The notes: a model not told the origin generated them from the letters alone. Shown: positions 1-14,330, counted from the stretch's first letter. The stretch: 64,000 nucleotides of DNA from Octopus vulgaris (GCA_951406725.2 OX597815.1:1922001-1986000), one strand, 5' to 3'. Made by a program: numbers and translations.

Positions 1-202
1 AACCTTTTAGCATTAAAATTTCTTTATCAAAAATATTGCTTATTCACATTGTTTAGAATAAATCACACAATATTTTGTAGCTTCAAGATTTCAATGGTAC
101 ACTTTAGAATGGCATTGTAGGGTAGGTGTGAGAGGCTGGATCTGGTCACTTTTAACATAAAACTGGTGGAATATTTGGGCTGGTTTAAACGTTAAATGGT
201 TA
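1..202. mobile_element. piggyBac-like MITE (TTAA-flanked), older copy; inverted relative to the copy at 62915-63358
   Basis: Ends aaccttttagcatt ... aacgttaaatggttaa form degenerate TIRs with TTAA; internal gtagggtaggtgtgagaggctggatctgg is the reverse complement of sequence at about 63200-63232. Confidence 0.55.
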
Positions 203-1259
203 AAGTAAATGGCCTAAAGACCTAAAATAAGTATCAGTTGAGCACTGGAGTTGATGTAATCAACTTACCTCCTCCCCCGATATTGCTGGCCTTGTGCCAA
301 AATTTGAGACCAATATTTAGCTTCAATGGTGATGGTACCACATAAAAATGGTGCTGGTGCCACCTGATAAGCACCCAGTGGTTGGCATTAAGTAGGGAAC
401 CCAGTCATAGAGACCATGCCAAAACAGACAATGGAAGCTAATGTGGCTCCTGGCCTTGCCAGGTCCTGTCAAACCGTCCAACCCTTGTCAGCATGGACAA
501 CAGATGTTAAGTGATGATGATAATGATGATGAGTCTAAATTTTAAAAGTAAACTGTATGGAACCATTAGGATTTTCCCACACCTGGTATTCATAAAGTAG
601 CTACCAGTAATATATTTGGGGTCACTTAGTTGATTAAGCAGCTTCCACGTCAAAACTGGGTCTTGTGCCTGATCTACAGAAAATTAATACTGTTTCCTGA
701 TGGAAGGTCAAATATTTTGGAGGAAGGAAAGGTATGAACACATTGACCCAATTACATGACTGGTATTCTATTTTATCAACCTTGTGAAGATGAAAAAAGT
801 TAAAGTTGACTCCCACCATGGGGCTGGAACTCATAACATAAAAATTCAAGTCCATGCACTACAACATCAATGATGACCTTCACTTTATTATTTCCTGTCT
901 CTGTAAAGATGAAATTTGGTAAACAGCGGAAAGAATGGGAAGATTAAAATTCTGTATTTTCCAGGAATTATTTTACAAAATGAATTCAAATTCTTTCTTG
1001 CAAAAATTTAAAAAAAAAAAACAGAGAGAGAGAAAACAATGGTAAAAAAAAATAAAAATAAAACTGCCATTCACCAGAGACTAATTAGTCATTAACTGAA
1101 GCTGTTTCTTCATGCATTCTGAGATTCTGCCAATTGTTTCTTTAATAACCTTTATACATCTTCCAGGTGATTGGTCAACACAACCTCCCACTAATTTTAA
1201 TGGCTGCATTATTGGAAAATAGTCTCTTTAATTATTCTACAACCATTAAATACATACAC

Positions 1260-1633
1260 ATGAACATCGAAATAAATATCAATGGAAATAGTAGTTGTGA
1301 TACCTGTGCCGGTGGCACGTAAAAAGCACCATCCGAACGTGGCCGATGCCAGCGCCGCCTTGGCTGGCTTCCGTGCAGGTGGCACGTTAAAAGCACCAAC
1401 TGATCGTGGCCGATGCCAGACTCCCCTGGCACCTGTGCCAGTGGCACGTAAAAAGCACCCACTACACTCATGGAGTGGTTGGCATTAGGAAGGACATCCA
1501 GCTGTAGAAACACTGCCAGATCAGACTGGAGCCTGGTGCAGCCCCTGGCTTCCCAGACCCCGGTAGAACCGTCCAACCCATGCTAGCATGGAAAGCAGAC
1601 GTTAAACGATGATGATGATGATGATGATGATGA
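1260..1633 (+). mobile_element. 5'-truncated RTE-clade LINE 3' UTR with (GAT)n tail (family C)
   Basis: Tandem ggtggcacgtaaaaagcacc units, then tggttggcattaggaagg..catccagctgtagaaac..cccatgctagcatggaaa..cgttaaac(gat)n; about 20 copies with variable 5' ends in the window. Confidence 0.8.
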
Positions 1634-2054
1634 CAGCAGAATAACATAACTTTTGGTTGTGTAGCAAAAGATGTTGATTAACAGTCACATGAGGCCAGAA
1701 TTGGTGCCACTGCACAAGATTTTGGATGAATGTCCTCTGCCATGACTAGAAACCAATATGTTGTGAGTGGAATTTAGTAAACTGAAACTGAACCTACATC
1801 TTTCACTCTCTATCGAACGTGTGTGTGTGTATGTATGTATGCAGGTGGCAAGTAAAGAAACACCTTTTCGACCCTGTGCTTGAGGAGACCTATTGAGTCA
1901 AGTACATCAACATCAAAAAATCAATGGAAATTGCAGTTGTGGCACGTAAAAAGCACTATCCGAAAGTGGCCAATGCCAGCGCCGCCTTGACTGGCTTCCA
2001 TGCTGGTGGCACGTTAAAAGCACCAACTGATTGTGGCCGGTGGCACGTAAAAAG

Positions 2055-2455
2055 CATGTAGTAAGAAGTTTGCTTGCCAACCCCATGGTTCTGGGTTCAG
2101 TCTCATTGCTGGCACCTCTGACAAGTGTCCCCTACTGTAGCCTTGGGTCGATGAATGGATTTAGCCTTATGAGTGGATTTGGTAGATGGAAACTGAAAGA
2201 AGCTCTTCATGTATATGTATGTGTGTCTTTCTGTCTGTTTGTCCCCTACTACTGCTTGACCACTGGTGTTGGTGTGTTTACATCCCCGTAGCTCAGCGCT
2301 TCCACAAAAGGGACCAACAAAATAAGCACCAGGTGTTAAAAACAAAAAAAAAAAGAAAGGTCTGGAGCGATTCTTTCAGCTAAATTTGTTCTTCATGGTG
2401 GTGGCTCCAGCATGGCCACAGCCTAATGACTGAAACAAAGCGAAAAGTAAAAGAT
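2055..2455 (+). mobile_element. tRNA-derived SINE family A (diverged copy)
   Basis: B-box gggttcagtc, body gagtggatttggtagatggaaactgaaagaag, 3' ctccagcatggccacagc..tgactgaaacaa. Confidence 0.75.
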
Positions 2456-2518
2456 ACTAGTTCGCCTGCACATACTCACACCCACCCACCCACCCACCCA
2501 CCCACCCACCCACCCACC

Positions 2519-2568
<50 letters not shown>

Positions 2569-3159
2569 AAGCTCTCAGCCTAAACTGGAAGCAAGCTGCC
2601 AAGTATTCCAGTGGGCGACCTGCTAATCTCGTTATGTTTACCAATGCCAACACCTAATCAGGGCTAACGACTGTTATAAATGATGTTTCACGTCTCATTT
2701 AAAGCTCGAGACTTTAGTTGAAATTATATTTGGTTGATATAGGAACAGATGTGGCTGTGAGGTTGAGGAGTTCACTTCCTAACCTCATGGCTTCTGGTTC
2801 AATCGTACGGTCTGGCACCTTGGACCAGAAAGCTTTGTGAATGGATTTGGTAGACAGAAACTGTACTGAAACCCATCATATGTGTGTGTGTTCTTACATT
2901 CTTTTATTTCTTTCAGTCACTGGACTGCGGCCATGCTTGGCACAGTCTTGAAGAAGGCTAATCAAATGGATTGACCCCCCGCACCTGAGAGTGTAGTGGG
3001 TGCTTTTACGTGCCACCAGCATGAGGGCCTGTCAGGCAAAGACCACACTCAAAGATGTTTTTATGTGCTACCTGCACAGGAGCCAGTCCAGCAGCACTGG
3101 CAATGACCACACTGGAATGTTGCTTTTCACGTGCCACTGGCACATTTACCGGTAAGGCA

Positions 3160-3685
3160 ATCAACAGAACAACCTGCTTGTGCCATTAGCATGTAGCTGA
3201 GCACCCCACAGACATGTGTACCCTTAACATAGTTCTCAGTGAGAATCAGAATGATACAGGATGTGACAAGACTCGCGCAAAAAGCACCATCCGAACGTGG
3301 CCGATGCCAGCACCGCCTTGACTGGCTTCTGTGCCGGTGGCACGTGAAAAGCACCAACTGATCGTGGCTGCTGCCAGCCTCACCTGGCACATAAAAAGCA
3401 CCCACTACACTCACGGAGTGGTTGGCGTTAGGAAGGGCATCCAGCTGTAGAAACACTGCCAGATCAGACTGCTGCCTGGTGCAGCCTCCTGGCTTCCAAG
3501 ACCCCGGTCGAGCCGTCCAACCCATGCTAGCACGGAAAACGGGTGTTAAACGATGAAGAGGATGATGATGATGAACACATTTATGCCAGCTGAGTGCATT
3601 GGAAAAACACGAAATAAAGCACCTTGCTCAAAGGCACAATGTGCCACCGGAAATTGAACTCACAACCACTAAGCCACGTGCCTTC
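3160..3685 (-). mobile_element. CORE-type tRNA SINE family D interrupted by an RTE 3' end (3277-3575, +)
   Basis: Matches copies at 44250 and 53757; family C insert with (gat)n tail in the middle. Confidence 0.7.
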
Positions 3686-4191
3686 ACACCACCAAACTAA
3701 ATGGATCTAAAAACACTCCCATTGTTTTCCTAACAGTTATCTGAACGTTATACATTTAACATTAGTCCGGAGGCTGAACATGGAACGGTGATGTTTTAAG
3801 TAAATCAATGCTTACTCTAAACTCCATCCTCGTTTCTATCTTGCTGCCAGTGATGAAGTCAAACCAGTAGAGTTGTGTGGTTTGGTTTGTTGAACAAAAC
3901 AATTAAACGAAAGCAAATAAATGACCTTTCTGGTTAATTATCCATGAGGTAAACTCACATGCCAATATCTAACCCTTCTGTCAACACTCCTCGCAATTAA
4001 ATGATTTCTACCTCGTTTATTCAGTGACTGCTGCTGATACATGTTCTGGTTGGTAATTAAATTAACAGATCTATGGCATCACATGGTCTCTCTCTCTCTC
4101 TCTCTCTCTCCCTTTTAGTTTAGTCTATCTTGGAAGGGACAGGAACATCAACACTGAAAAATCAGTTAATAACTGAGAAAATATCCAATTA

Positions 4192-4224
<33 letters not shown>

Positions 4225-4225
<1 letters not shown>

Positions 4226-4446
4226 CCCTGATGCAGTACCAGGCAGTGGCTCTCATGGCTTCTGATCTTAACTGATTGGAAGTGTTATCATGTAAAAGAT
4301 GGGCTACAGCAAATATTCTGCTCAATACCAGATTTGCTTGTCAGTTGTTTGACCTTAACCAGTTGAGCATGTCCCTTAGTGGCTGACGATATGTGCATCT
4401 CTGATCACGAGCAGAAGTAATGGGGGAGCATCATAGCCATGTGTTG
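4225..4446 (+). mobile_element. Truncated copy of the (TAA)n-targeted 555-bp element, inverted against 4463-5019
   Basis: gccctgatgcagtaccaggc.. directly after (aat)n; reverse complement of about 4773-5019. Confidence 0.85.
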
Positions 4447-4462
4447 TATTATCATTATTATT

Positions 4463-5019
4463 GAGTGAGAGAGCAGAGCATGCCATCAAAGTGACACTGG
4501 GGTAAAATATACAAAGCCCAGTATACCCATCATGACTACCCGTCTGATAAGGGTACACTAGGCACATGCATCACAACCATATGTGCGCAACATGGTGATC
4601 TCATACCAAGATAAACAGCACATGACCTTGCAGGTGGGGCCCAGTTAGAATTTTCTTGAGGCCGGGTAACCCATCCCGCTCAAAAGGTCCCTGAATAAGT
4701 ATTACTTAAGGATGTTGAACAAAACACCCATGTTGCCCGAGGTGAATTATTCAAACCTCAAAGAATCCCCCTCAACACATGGCTATGATGCTCCCCCACA
4801 ACTTCAGCTCGTGATCAGAGATGCACATATCGTCAGCCACTAAGGGACATGCTCAACTGGTTAAGGTCAAACAACTGACAAGCAAATCTGTGGTATTGAG
4901 CAGAATATTTGCTGTAGCCCATCTTTTATTCCAAGACAAAACAATGGACATGATAACATTTCCAATCAGTGAAGATCAGAAGCCATGAGAGCCGCTGCCT
5001 GGTACTGCTGCATCAGGGC
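4463..5019 (-). mobile_element. Full-length 555-bp non-coding element inserted in (TAA)n
   Basis: Same termini as 28880-29433 in the opposite orientation; both flanks are (tta)n. Confidence 0.85.
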
Positions 5020-5811
5020 TATTATTGTTATTATTATTATTATCATCATCATTATTATTGTGGTTAGGTGTTTATCTTTTAGTTAGCATTAAGTTTAGAT
5101 TAAATAATCCACGAACTGCATTGATTAGTTGATGCTGTTCAGATGCAGATGTGTTGCCTTGGTGATATGAGAGAGAGAGAGGGGGGAGAGAGACTGAAAC
5201 CTCCATCTATCCTTGACATATACAACAGACCAGAAGAGATAACGTAAACGTATCACGAACAACAACAACAACAGCAGCAGCAGATTATAGATAAGTGTTC
5301 AACAAAATACACGTTCCGTCGCTCTTGTTTGTGTCAACTGAAAAAAACAGAGATTTGGTGCAATTCTCTGTTGGTGCCAGTGTGTAGAGAGGCAGGTATA
5401 TAGAATGGCACACGTTTATGGTGATTTGAAATAAGTTCAAAAAGAACAATTTAAACTCTTTTGAAGGATCCAAAAAGAGAGCAAAAAAATAGTTTCTTTC
5501 TAAAATTCTTCACACTGATAAGAATGACAACGCAGAACTTTAATTAATTATAATTTTTTCTTACATATTTGTATTGTCTTTTGAAACATGCGTAATTATT
5601 AAATTCAATTTTGATTTTAACTTATTTTCCCCATTTTTATACATGTTTATGGTATCTTTATACCTATAAAGAATTTTTCATATGGTGATTTATATGTGTG
5701 AATATATGAAGATAGACACAGGTACAGACATATACACATCATGTATACATACATATGTACACACACACAGACATATTCTTTACACACACACACGTTTTAC
5801 ATATATAAGCG

Positions 5812-6495
5812 TCCGTGCTAGCAGGGTGCAAAGAGCACCATATGAGTGTGATCATTGACAGAGTTGCTAACCGGCTTCTGTGCCAGTGGCACTTAAAAGG
5901 CGCCATTCGAACATGATTGTTACCAGCGTCGCCTTACTGGCACTCGAGCCCCGTGCTAGTAGGGTATTAAGAGCACCATCCGAGCGTGATCGTTGCCAGA
6001 GCGGCTATCTGACCCCTGTGCCAGTGGCATGTAAAAGACACCATTCGAGCGTGATCGTTACCAGCCGGTAGCATGTGTAAGAAGATTTGAGCAAGGTCAT
6101 TGCCAGTACCTATTTCTTTATTACCCATAAGGGGCTAAATATAGAGGGGACAAACAAGGACAGACATAGGTATTAAGTCGATTACATCGACCCCAGTGCA
6201 AGACTGGTACTTTATTTATCGACCCCGAAAGGATGAAAGGCAAAGTCGACCTCGGCGGAATTTAAACTCAGAACGTAGCGCCAGACGAAATACCGCTAAG
6301 CATTTCGCCCGGCTCGCCAGTACCGCCTGACTGGCCCCCGTGCTGGTGGCACGTAAAAAGCACCCACTACACTCATGGAGCGCTTGGCATTAGGAAGGGC
6401 ATCCAGCTGTAGAAACCATGCCAGATCAGACCACAGTCAAATCGTCCAACCCATGCTAGCATGGAAAGCGGACGTTAAACGATGATGTGATGATC
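5812..6495 (+). mobile_element. RTE 3' UTR (family C) with nested SINE B on the minus strand (6110-6315)
   Basis: Family C tandem units and tail; insert cgaccccgaaaggatgaaaggcaaagtcgacctcggcgg. Confidence 0.75.
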
Positions 6496-7176
6496 AAACA
6501 TGTTCTACACATACACATATTACACACTCACGCATAAACACAATAGTTTAATGTTCAGTTTGACTGTGCATAAGTCTGCAGGATAATCCATTGTCAGATA
6601 ATTCTAAAAGTATAATCAATATAGTTTATCCAGTGATTGATTAGTAGTATTAATAGTACTATTAGTAGTAGTAGTATGGGGCCATGCGCTGTAAGAATGC
6701 ATTGCTGCATCCACCATTTGTTGGTGGTTCCCTATTCCTGGCGGGTGACACCTTTGCATCACTCAGGTGGCAACCCTCCAAACCATGGGTCTGGTTGGGT
6801 AGTTGCCACTGGTGATGGTTTTATGAGGTCAGAGTGCAAATATCACTTCAACTTTTTTTTTAGCTGCCCTTTATGACAAGCAGAGTAAACATTGGGTCTA
6901 TTCTTTGATGCACCAGTCTCCACACAGCAGTAGAGTGACATGAAATGAAGTATTTTGCTTAAAAACACATGTCACCCAGTCTGGAATTGAACCTATGATC
7001 TAACAGTTGTGAGTGTAACACCTTCACTGCTCTGTGACACATCTTCACTAATATTAGTTAATTGTTAATATTATAACCACCAAATTGGGATAGAAATAAA
7101 CCACGGCCTTGAGTGGAATTGAACCCTGTCTTTCCAGCTTGCCAGATGATAACATTAATGATTGTACAACAGAACA

Positions 7177-7578
7177 AGGCAGTGAGCTGGCAGAACCGCT
7201 AGCGCATGGGGCGAAATGCCTAGCGGTATTTCGTCAGCCACTACATTCTGAGTTCAAATTCCGCCGAGGTCGACTTTGCCTTTCATCCTTTCGGGGTCAA
7301 TTAAATAAGTACCGGTTATGCACTGGGGATCGATGTAATCGACTTAATCCATTTGTCTGTCCTTGTTTGTCCTCTCTGTGTTTAGCCCCTTGTGGGTAGT
7401 AAAGAAATAGGTATTTCGCCCGTTGCTACGTTATGAGTTCAAATTCTGCCAAGATCGACTTTGCTTTTCATCCTTTCGGGGTTGATAAATTAAGTACCAG
7501 TTGCGTACTGGGATCGATGTAATGGAATGAGCCCCTCCCCAAAATTTTCAGGCCTTGTGCCTAGAGTAGAAAGGATTA
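7177..7578 (+). mobile_element. tRNA-derived SINE family B with internal duplication
   Basis: A-box gagctggcagaaccgctag, B-box gagttcaaattcc, central gactttgcctttcatcctttcggggtc..aagtacc (resembles the conserved Meta/Sauria-type SINE core; assignment is inference). Confidence 0.8.
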
Positions 7579-8380
7579 TACAACTGAACATAGTCGACTC
7601 CAAGCAGCAGCTCTCTTTTCTGCCATAAATTGTCTGCTGTTATATAATTGAGTCAACTTTAGTCAATCTCTCTCTCAACTGATTAGAAATAACAAGAAAC
7701 GACAAAAAAATTGGATTTAAAGAGAAAAGATGAAAGTGAAAGATTTATTTAGAATTATTTTTATAATCTTACTTAGAGGCAAAAACCACAATTTTAAAAG
7801 AAGCCTCAACTTAAACCTAATTTTTAACACTAAATTCTGTGGTGGGTTCTTTAATTTCAGAACATAAATAAAGAGCTGAAACATCTTAGAAGTCTTTTAA
7901 TTATTTTTCTTGACATAAATTTCCACCAACATCCAATGAATTATTTTATAAAACAATTAGTAGTAGTAGTGAGGTGGTGGTGGTGGTAATGGTGGTGGAT
8001 TAGCTATCAATATCGGTAGTGATGAGCCAAAGGTTAGATTAATGGATTTTGAATGAATTGCTAAATTTGACTTGATTGAAAGGAAATGGATAAATAAATT
8101 CGTTTAGAAAATACAAACCACTGGAAATAAATGGCTGAAAATGTGAAGAACAAACTTTGAACAAGAGACCACAGTATGTTTGGTAAATTTGAATGGTTAA
8201 AAGCCATCCTGAACCCTTTTGATAGTGACCCACCTGAGACTGGCTCTCGTTTGGTGATACAGACCTTCTGTCAAAAGGGATCAAAAGGGATAAAACTGCC
8301 AATCAACATTTCACCAATAATTTATATTTCAAACACTGTTTTAATAATAATGGTGGCAAAGCTATTGAATTCTTCATTAT

Positions 8381-8762
8381 AGGTGCAAGTGTGGCAACGT
8401 GGTAAGATGTTTGCCTCCCACTGACACAGTTCTGGGTTCCGTCCCACTGTGTAACACTTTAGGCAAATGTCTCCAGCTACATTCCTGGGCCAACAAAAGT
8501 CTTGTGAATGGATGTGATAGATGGAAGCTGAAAGAAGCCCTTCGTATGTGTATGTCTTTGTTTCTGTGTTTCTTCCCCACCACCACTACTTGACAACTGG
8601 TGTTGGTTTGTTGATGTCCCTGTAACCTAGCAAAAGAGACCAGTAGAATAAGTATCAGTCTTAAATAAGTCCTGGGGTCGATTCATTTAATTGAAATTCT
8701 TTAAGATGGTGCCCCAGCATGACCACAGTCTAATGACTGAAACAAATAAAAGATAAAAGATT
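8381..8762 (+). mobile_element. SINE family A
   Basis: tRNA-like head, CORE-like cactttaggcaaatgtct, family A tail. Confidence 0.75.
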
Positions 8763-8954
8763 AAAAATTGGAAACAAGGAGCAGTATACACAGGTATAAG
8801 CATGGCTGTGTAGATGCTCACTTAGCAAGCCCATGGTTCCAGGTTCAAATCCAGCAAACCATTGGCAAATGTCTTCAAGTAGAGTGGTTCCCAACCTGTG
8901 GCCTGTGGATAGCTGGTTGTCTGTAAAGGTTGTACTGGGGGTCTGGGCAATAAG

Positions 8955-10000
8955 ACGTGCTTGAGAAAACCTGTTGGGTCAAGTGAAATCGAAATCGTAG
9001 TCAGGGCCAGTGCTGTCTGACTGGCACCTGTGCTGATAGCACGTAATAAGCACCATTCGAGCATGGTTCAATGCCAGTGATGCCTGACTGGCCCTCGTGC
9101 CGGTGGTACGTAAAAACCTCATCCAAATGTGGTTGATGCCAGTACCTCCTGACTGGCTCTCATGCCAGTGGCATGTAAAAAGCACAATCCAGATGTGGTT
9201 GATGCCAGTGCCGCCTGACTGTCTCCTGTGCTGGTGGCACATAAAAAGCACCCACTACATTCTTGGAGTGGTTAGTGTTAGGGAGGGCATCCAGCTGTAG
9301 AAACCTTGCCAGGTCAGATTGGAGCCTGGTGCAGCCTACTGGCTCACAAGTCCTCAGTCAGATCACCCAACCCATGCCAGCATGGAAAGTGGATGTTAAA
9401 CGATGATGATGATTATATATATGAGGCAAGTGAAATTGAAATCGAACCAAATTCATCGACTGGCACCCATGCCAACCTCCCTTCACTGGACACTAAACTC
9501 TTCTTGTGAAGACCTGTTGGGGCAAGTGAAATCAAAATTGAACCAAATTCGATGACTGGCACCCGTGCCAGTGGAGCGCTAACAGCTCCATCCAAGCGGG
9601 ATCACTGCCAGAGCAGCTGTCTGGCTTCCATGCCGGTGGCACGTAAAGGGCACCATTTGAGCGTGATCATTGTCAGCATTGCCTCACTGGCACTTGTGCC
9701 GGTGGCACGTGAACAAAACATTTGAGCGACTCCTGTGAAGGTGGCATGTAAAAAACACCATTTTCGAGTGTGGCTGTTGCCAGTACCGACAGACTGGCCC
9801 TCGTGCCGGTGGCACGTAAAAAGCACCTACTACACTCTCGGAGTGGTTGGCATTAGGGAGGGCATCCAGCTGTAGAAACTCTGCCAGATCACATTGAGCC
9901 TGGTGCAGCCACCTGGTTCGCCAGTCCTCAGTCAAATCTTCAAACCCATGCTAGCATAGAAAGCAGATGTTAAACGATGATGATGATGATGCTGATGATA
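8955..10000 (+). mobile_element. Two tandem RTE 3' ends (family C)
   Basis: Two (gat)n-tailed copies ending near 9413 and 9998. Confidence 0.75.
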
Positions 10001-12791
10001 TAAGGATAAGCATACTAAAAGGGGTGTGTAGGAAAACTCATTTAAACGAAAGGGTTGGGAACCATCATTCTAGTATAACTGCAGGCCAACCAATGTCTTG
10101 GCTGAGTGAATTTGGTAGACAGAAACTGTGAGGAAGCCCTCTGTATGTGTGGGTCTTTACCTTTGTCCCTCACCACCACTTCACTGACAACTGATGTTGG
10201 TTTGTTTATATCCCTGTAACTAAGCAGTTTGGCAAAAGAAACGGACAGAATAAGCACCAGGCTTTAAAAAAATAAGTACTGGAGTTGATTTGTTTGACTA
10301 AACTCTTCCAGGCAGTGCTCCAGCATGGCCACAATCGACTGCTTGAAACAGGTTTTTTTTTTAAACACATTTTAAAAACCTTCCCATATGAAGTGCACCA
10401 GTATTTTATATCAGCTAATCTATAAATAATCCTGAGTAATTTCCAGACTGGCATGGGTGGAGTGGAATGTTTCACAAATATTTGTGTGATTTTTAAGAAG
10501 TGGAACAAAATATACAAATCTACTGCTTTATTGCTGCTAAACACCATAGCAACGAAACAACAGAACCTGGTGCCATTGTCAACAAGGTAGACTGTGGTAA
10601 TTGGTGTTTACCAACAGAAAATAACTCAACATCAGAGGTAGGATTTGTATGGTTGAAAGCAGAGGCCAACAACACCATAGACTCACTAAATCAAAAGAAT
10701 GGACAGGTCAATAATCCACTATCTTCACCGTCCACTCTGTCCTACTTATACCACCCCCCACTGTTCCCTGTGGGTAGGCCCTCTCACTTTCACTTGCCTT
10801 TACCTTTCTCTCTTAATCTCTCCCACCTCCCTCTCCTTCCTTGTCCTACTGGGGTACCCAAGTATCACCTCTGTAGTAAGACAGCTACCCCTGTTACTCA
10901 ATCATACTCCAACCTCTTGCCTGACACATGGCCACTTCTCTAGGTTCCTCCCCTTTTCTCAGCTGAGATAGCCTTGTCTTGCAATTGACTCGGCAACCCC
11001 ACAGATGCTGGTGCCAGGTAGAAAGCATCCAGTACACTCTGTAAAGTTGCTGGCATTAAGAAGGGCATCCATACGAAAGCAGACGACTGGAGCTGGGTGC
11101 CAGCTCTGGTCAGAATGGCCAACCCATTCCAGAATGATGATGATGATGATGATGATGTTGGCTAAAAATCACTGAATCAAAGGAGTGAGGTGTATTTAAG
11201 AGAAGGAAATAAAATAACGAAGCAAAGATGATTACAGACTTCACTCACTTGCACCTAGAATTAAACTACTTCATTTCAAACTAAACAGTTAACTTCCGAT
11301 ACAAGAATTACAGAAAAACACAAAACAAGGAAAATATACAGAAAAAGTAACAACCATTCAGATTGCCTTAATTTACAAAGTATTTAAACTAATGACTTGA
11401 TTAGAGTCAGCCATCAAGCTAATTGTTTTGTCAATTACATACACACTCTTAATTGCTCTCAACTACAAGTATGTTGGCTCAGTTCAGCTCAGAGCAGGAC
11501 ACTTGTTGAGTTTTAGTTTCAAGACGTACAACGTAACACCCTTCCCCCAGCTCTCTACATTTCAACAGCAGAACAGCAGCCCCAACCACAAATGTAGGAG
11601 CTGCTGCCATTTCTAGCCTCAAACTTGAGGTTTAAATAATAGAAGAGAGAGAGAGACAGACAGACAGAGAAGGGATATAAAGAGGCAGAATTGGAAACAA
11701 TGATTTATCTTTAATAGATGAAATCATTGATTTTTCTTCAAATTTGTCTGAGATCAATAACATTAGAACAAACAATATAATCACCATCATCATCATAATC
11801 ATCATCATCATTTAATATCTATCTTCTGTGCTGGCATGGTTGGATGGTTTGGCAAGATCTGATGAGAGCAAGGACTGCATTGTGCTCCAATGTCTTCTGC
11901 TCTGACATGGTTTCTATGGCTGGATGTCCTTCTTCGTAGCAACCACTTTACACAATGCAAAGGGTATATTTTTGTTTTCTTTTTCTCATGTGGCACCAGC
12001 ACTAGTGAGTCACCAAGCAGCTTGCAAAACTTTGAACCATGGCAGCTTTATGCGAGGAGATGCGGAAGATGATGTGTGAGGGAAGGCGGCCAAAGCAGGT
12101 TTCTTATTGTGGAGGACCTACATCCTTTATCTTTTATCACTTCTTTCAGTAATTTGACTGTGGCCATGCTGGGGCAGCACTGCCTTGAAGACTGTTAAGT
12201 CGAAGGAATTAACCCCAGGATTTGGATTTTTCAGCTTGGTGCTTATTCTATCGATCTGTTTTGCTGAACCACTAAGTTACAGGGATGTAAACACACCAAC
12301 ACTGGTTGTCAAATGGTGGTGTGGTAGTGACACAACATACATACATACACACACACATCTATCTATCTATATATATACACATATATATATATATACACAC
12401 ACACACATAAATATCAAATGGAAATTGTAGTTGTGATACCCGTGCAGGTGGCACGTAAAAAGCACCAACCGGACGTAGCCGATGCCAGCGCCGCCTTGAC
12501 TGGCTTCTGTGTTGGTGGCATGTAAAAACCACCCACTACACTCATGGAGTGGTTGGCATTAGGAAGGTCATCCAGCTGTAGAAACACTGCCAAATCAGAC
12601 TGGAGCCTGGTGCAGCCTCCTGGCCTCCCAGACCCCAGTTGAACTGTCCAACCCGTGCTAGCATGGAAAACAGACGTTAAATGATGATGATGATGACATA
12701 CACACACGACAGGCTTCCTTCAGTTTCTGTCTACCAAACCTCATCACAGTGGGGTTAAGTAGACAGAAAATGAAATATATACAAACATAAA

Positions 12792-13201
12792 AGGAGTGGC
12801 TGTGTGGTAAGTAGCTTGCTACCCAACCACATGGTTCCGGGTTCAGTCCCACTGCGTGGCATCTTGGGCAAGTGTCTTCTACTATAGCCCCAGGCCGACC
12901 AATGCCTTGTGAGTGGATTTGGTAGACGGAAACTGAAAGAAGCCCGTCGTATATATGTGTATATATATATATATATGTGTGTGTGTATATGTTTGTGTGT
13001 CTGTGTTTGTCCCCCTAGCATTGCTTGACAACCGATGCTGGTGTGTTTACGTCCCCATCACTTAGCGGTTCGGCAAAAGAGACCGATAGAATAAGTATGG
13101 GCTTACAAAGAATAAGTCCTGGGGTCGATTCGCTCGACTAAAGGCGGTGCTCCAGCATGGCCGCAGTCAAATGACTGAAACAAGTAAAAGAGTAAAGAGT
13201 A
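12792..13201 (+). mobile_element. SINE family A, full length, young
   Basis: gtggctgtgtggtaag (A-box), gggttcagtccc (B-box), gtggcatcttgggcaagtgtc (CORE-like), internal TA/TG microsatellite, tail gaaacaagtaaaagagtaaagag. Confidence 0.9.
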
Positions 13202-14330
13202 TGGTTGGTTCAATATGTCTTTTGATATAAGGAAGAATTCTCTCCATCACTGACCATCTACATGGAGCAGAAAGCTCAACGGTAGCAGTCCAGTCATACA
13301 TCTGTTTGTACACAAAACATACCACACACACACACACACATATAAGCAGGTGAACAAGCAGAATGCGTGTACACACACACACACACACACAAGCAGTTCT
13401 TCTTTCAAACACGTCATGTGGAAAACACGAGTATAACTTCTTTTAAAATAGAATTCCATGAAGCTTTTCAAGTACAGTGATTGCATTTATACTTTTATTG
13501 TACCACCACCACCACCACCACCACCACCACCACTACTGTTGTTGTTGTATGGTAAATATCTGTGTGGACCGTTGTCATTGTCATGACTTAGTTTTAGCAT
13601 TTAGCTGCCCTCTTTGTTTCCTTGGTTCTAATAGAGATTCCAATTGACAAAACTGATGTCAAAGGTCACACAAAGCTCCCAAAGTCACCATATCTTTCTG
13701 TTGAGGACTTACCCATTGTCCTTCCTATCGCTAGGGCCTTTCTCCATGCTACAAAAAACACCATACATTCCAGTGCCTTTTTTGTTTTTCAAGACCAACC
13801 TCTTGTCATGCACTGCTAATATTTATTGTTAAGTTTTCTCAAGAACAATTATCCATTACCAGCTGAAGAAGTAAGTCATCAAAGACATATCTAGATACCC
13901 AAGAAGGTTACTGGTATGGTTGTGTGGGGAGAAGTTTGCTTCCCAACCACATGGTTCCAGATTCAGTTCAATTGCATGGCTCCTGGGGTAAATGCCTTCT
14001 GCTGCAATGTTTTGAAAGAGCCTGCTTCATCACTTGCCACCCAAACGTGAAGGGGCAGGGTATCTTTTTTTCTTTTTTCTTTTGAAAGAACTCATTAGCA
14101 GGTCAATAAAATGCAAAATTGCAACTCATAATCTTTGTGTGAACTCACATTTATTTCTTCAGCTTTCAGCCCCTATATGAACAGACACAATAATACAGGT
14201 ATACAATACTTTATCCCGCCATATTAGAAGACACACAAATGTTAGACTGATTTTTCATTATTGACAAGAAATGGCAATTATGAAACAAAACATTTAGTAA
14301 CATTTAGACGCAAATTATTAGTTGCAAATT

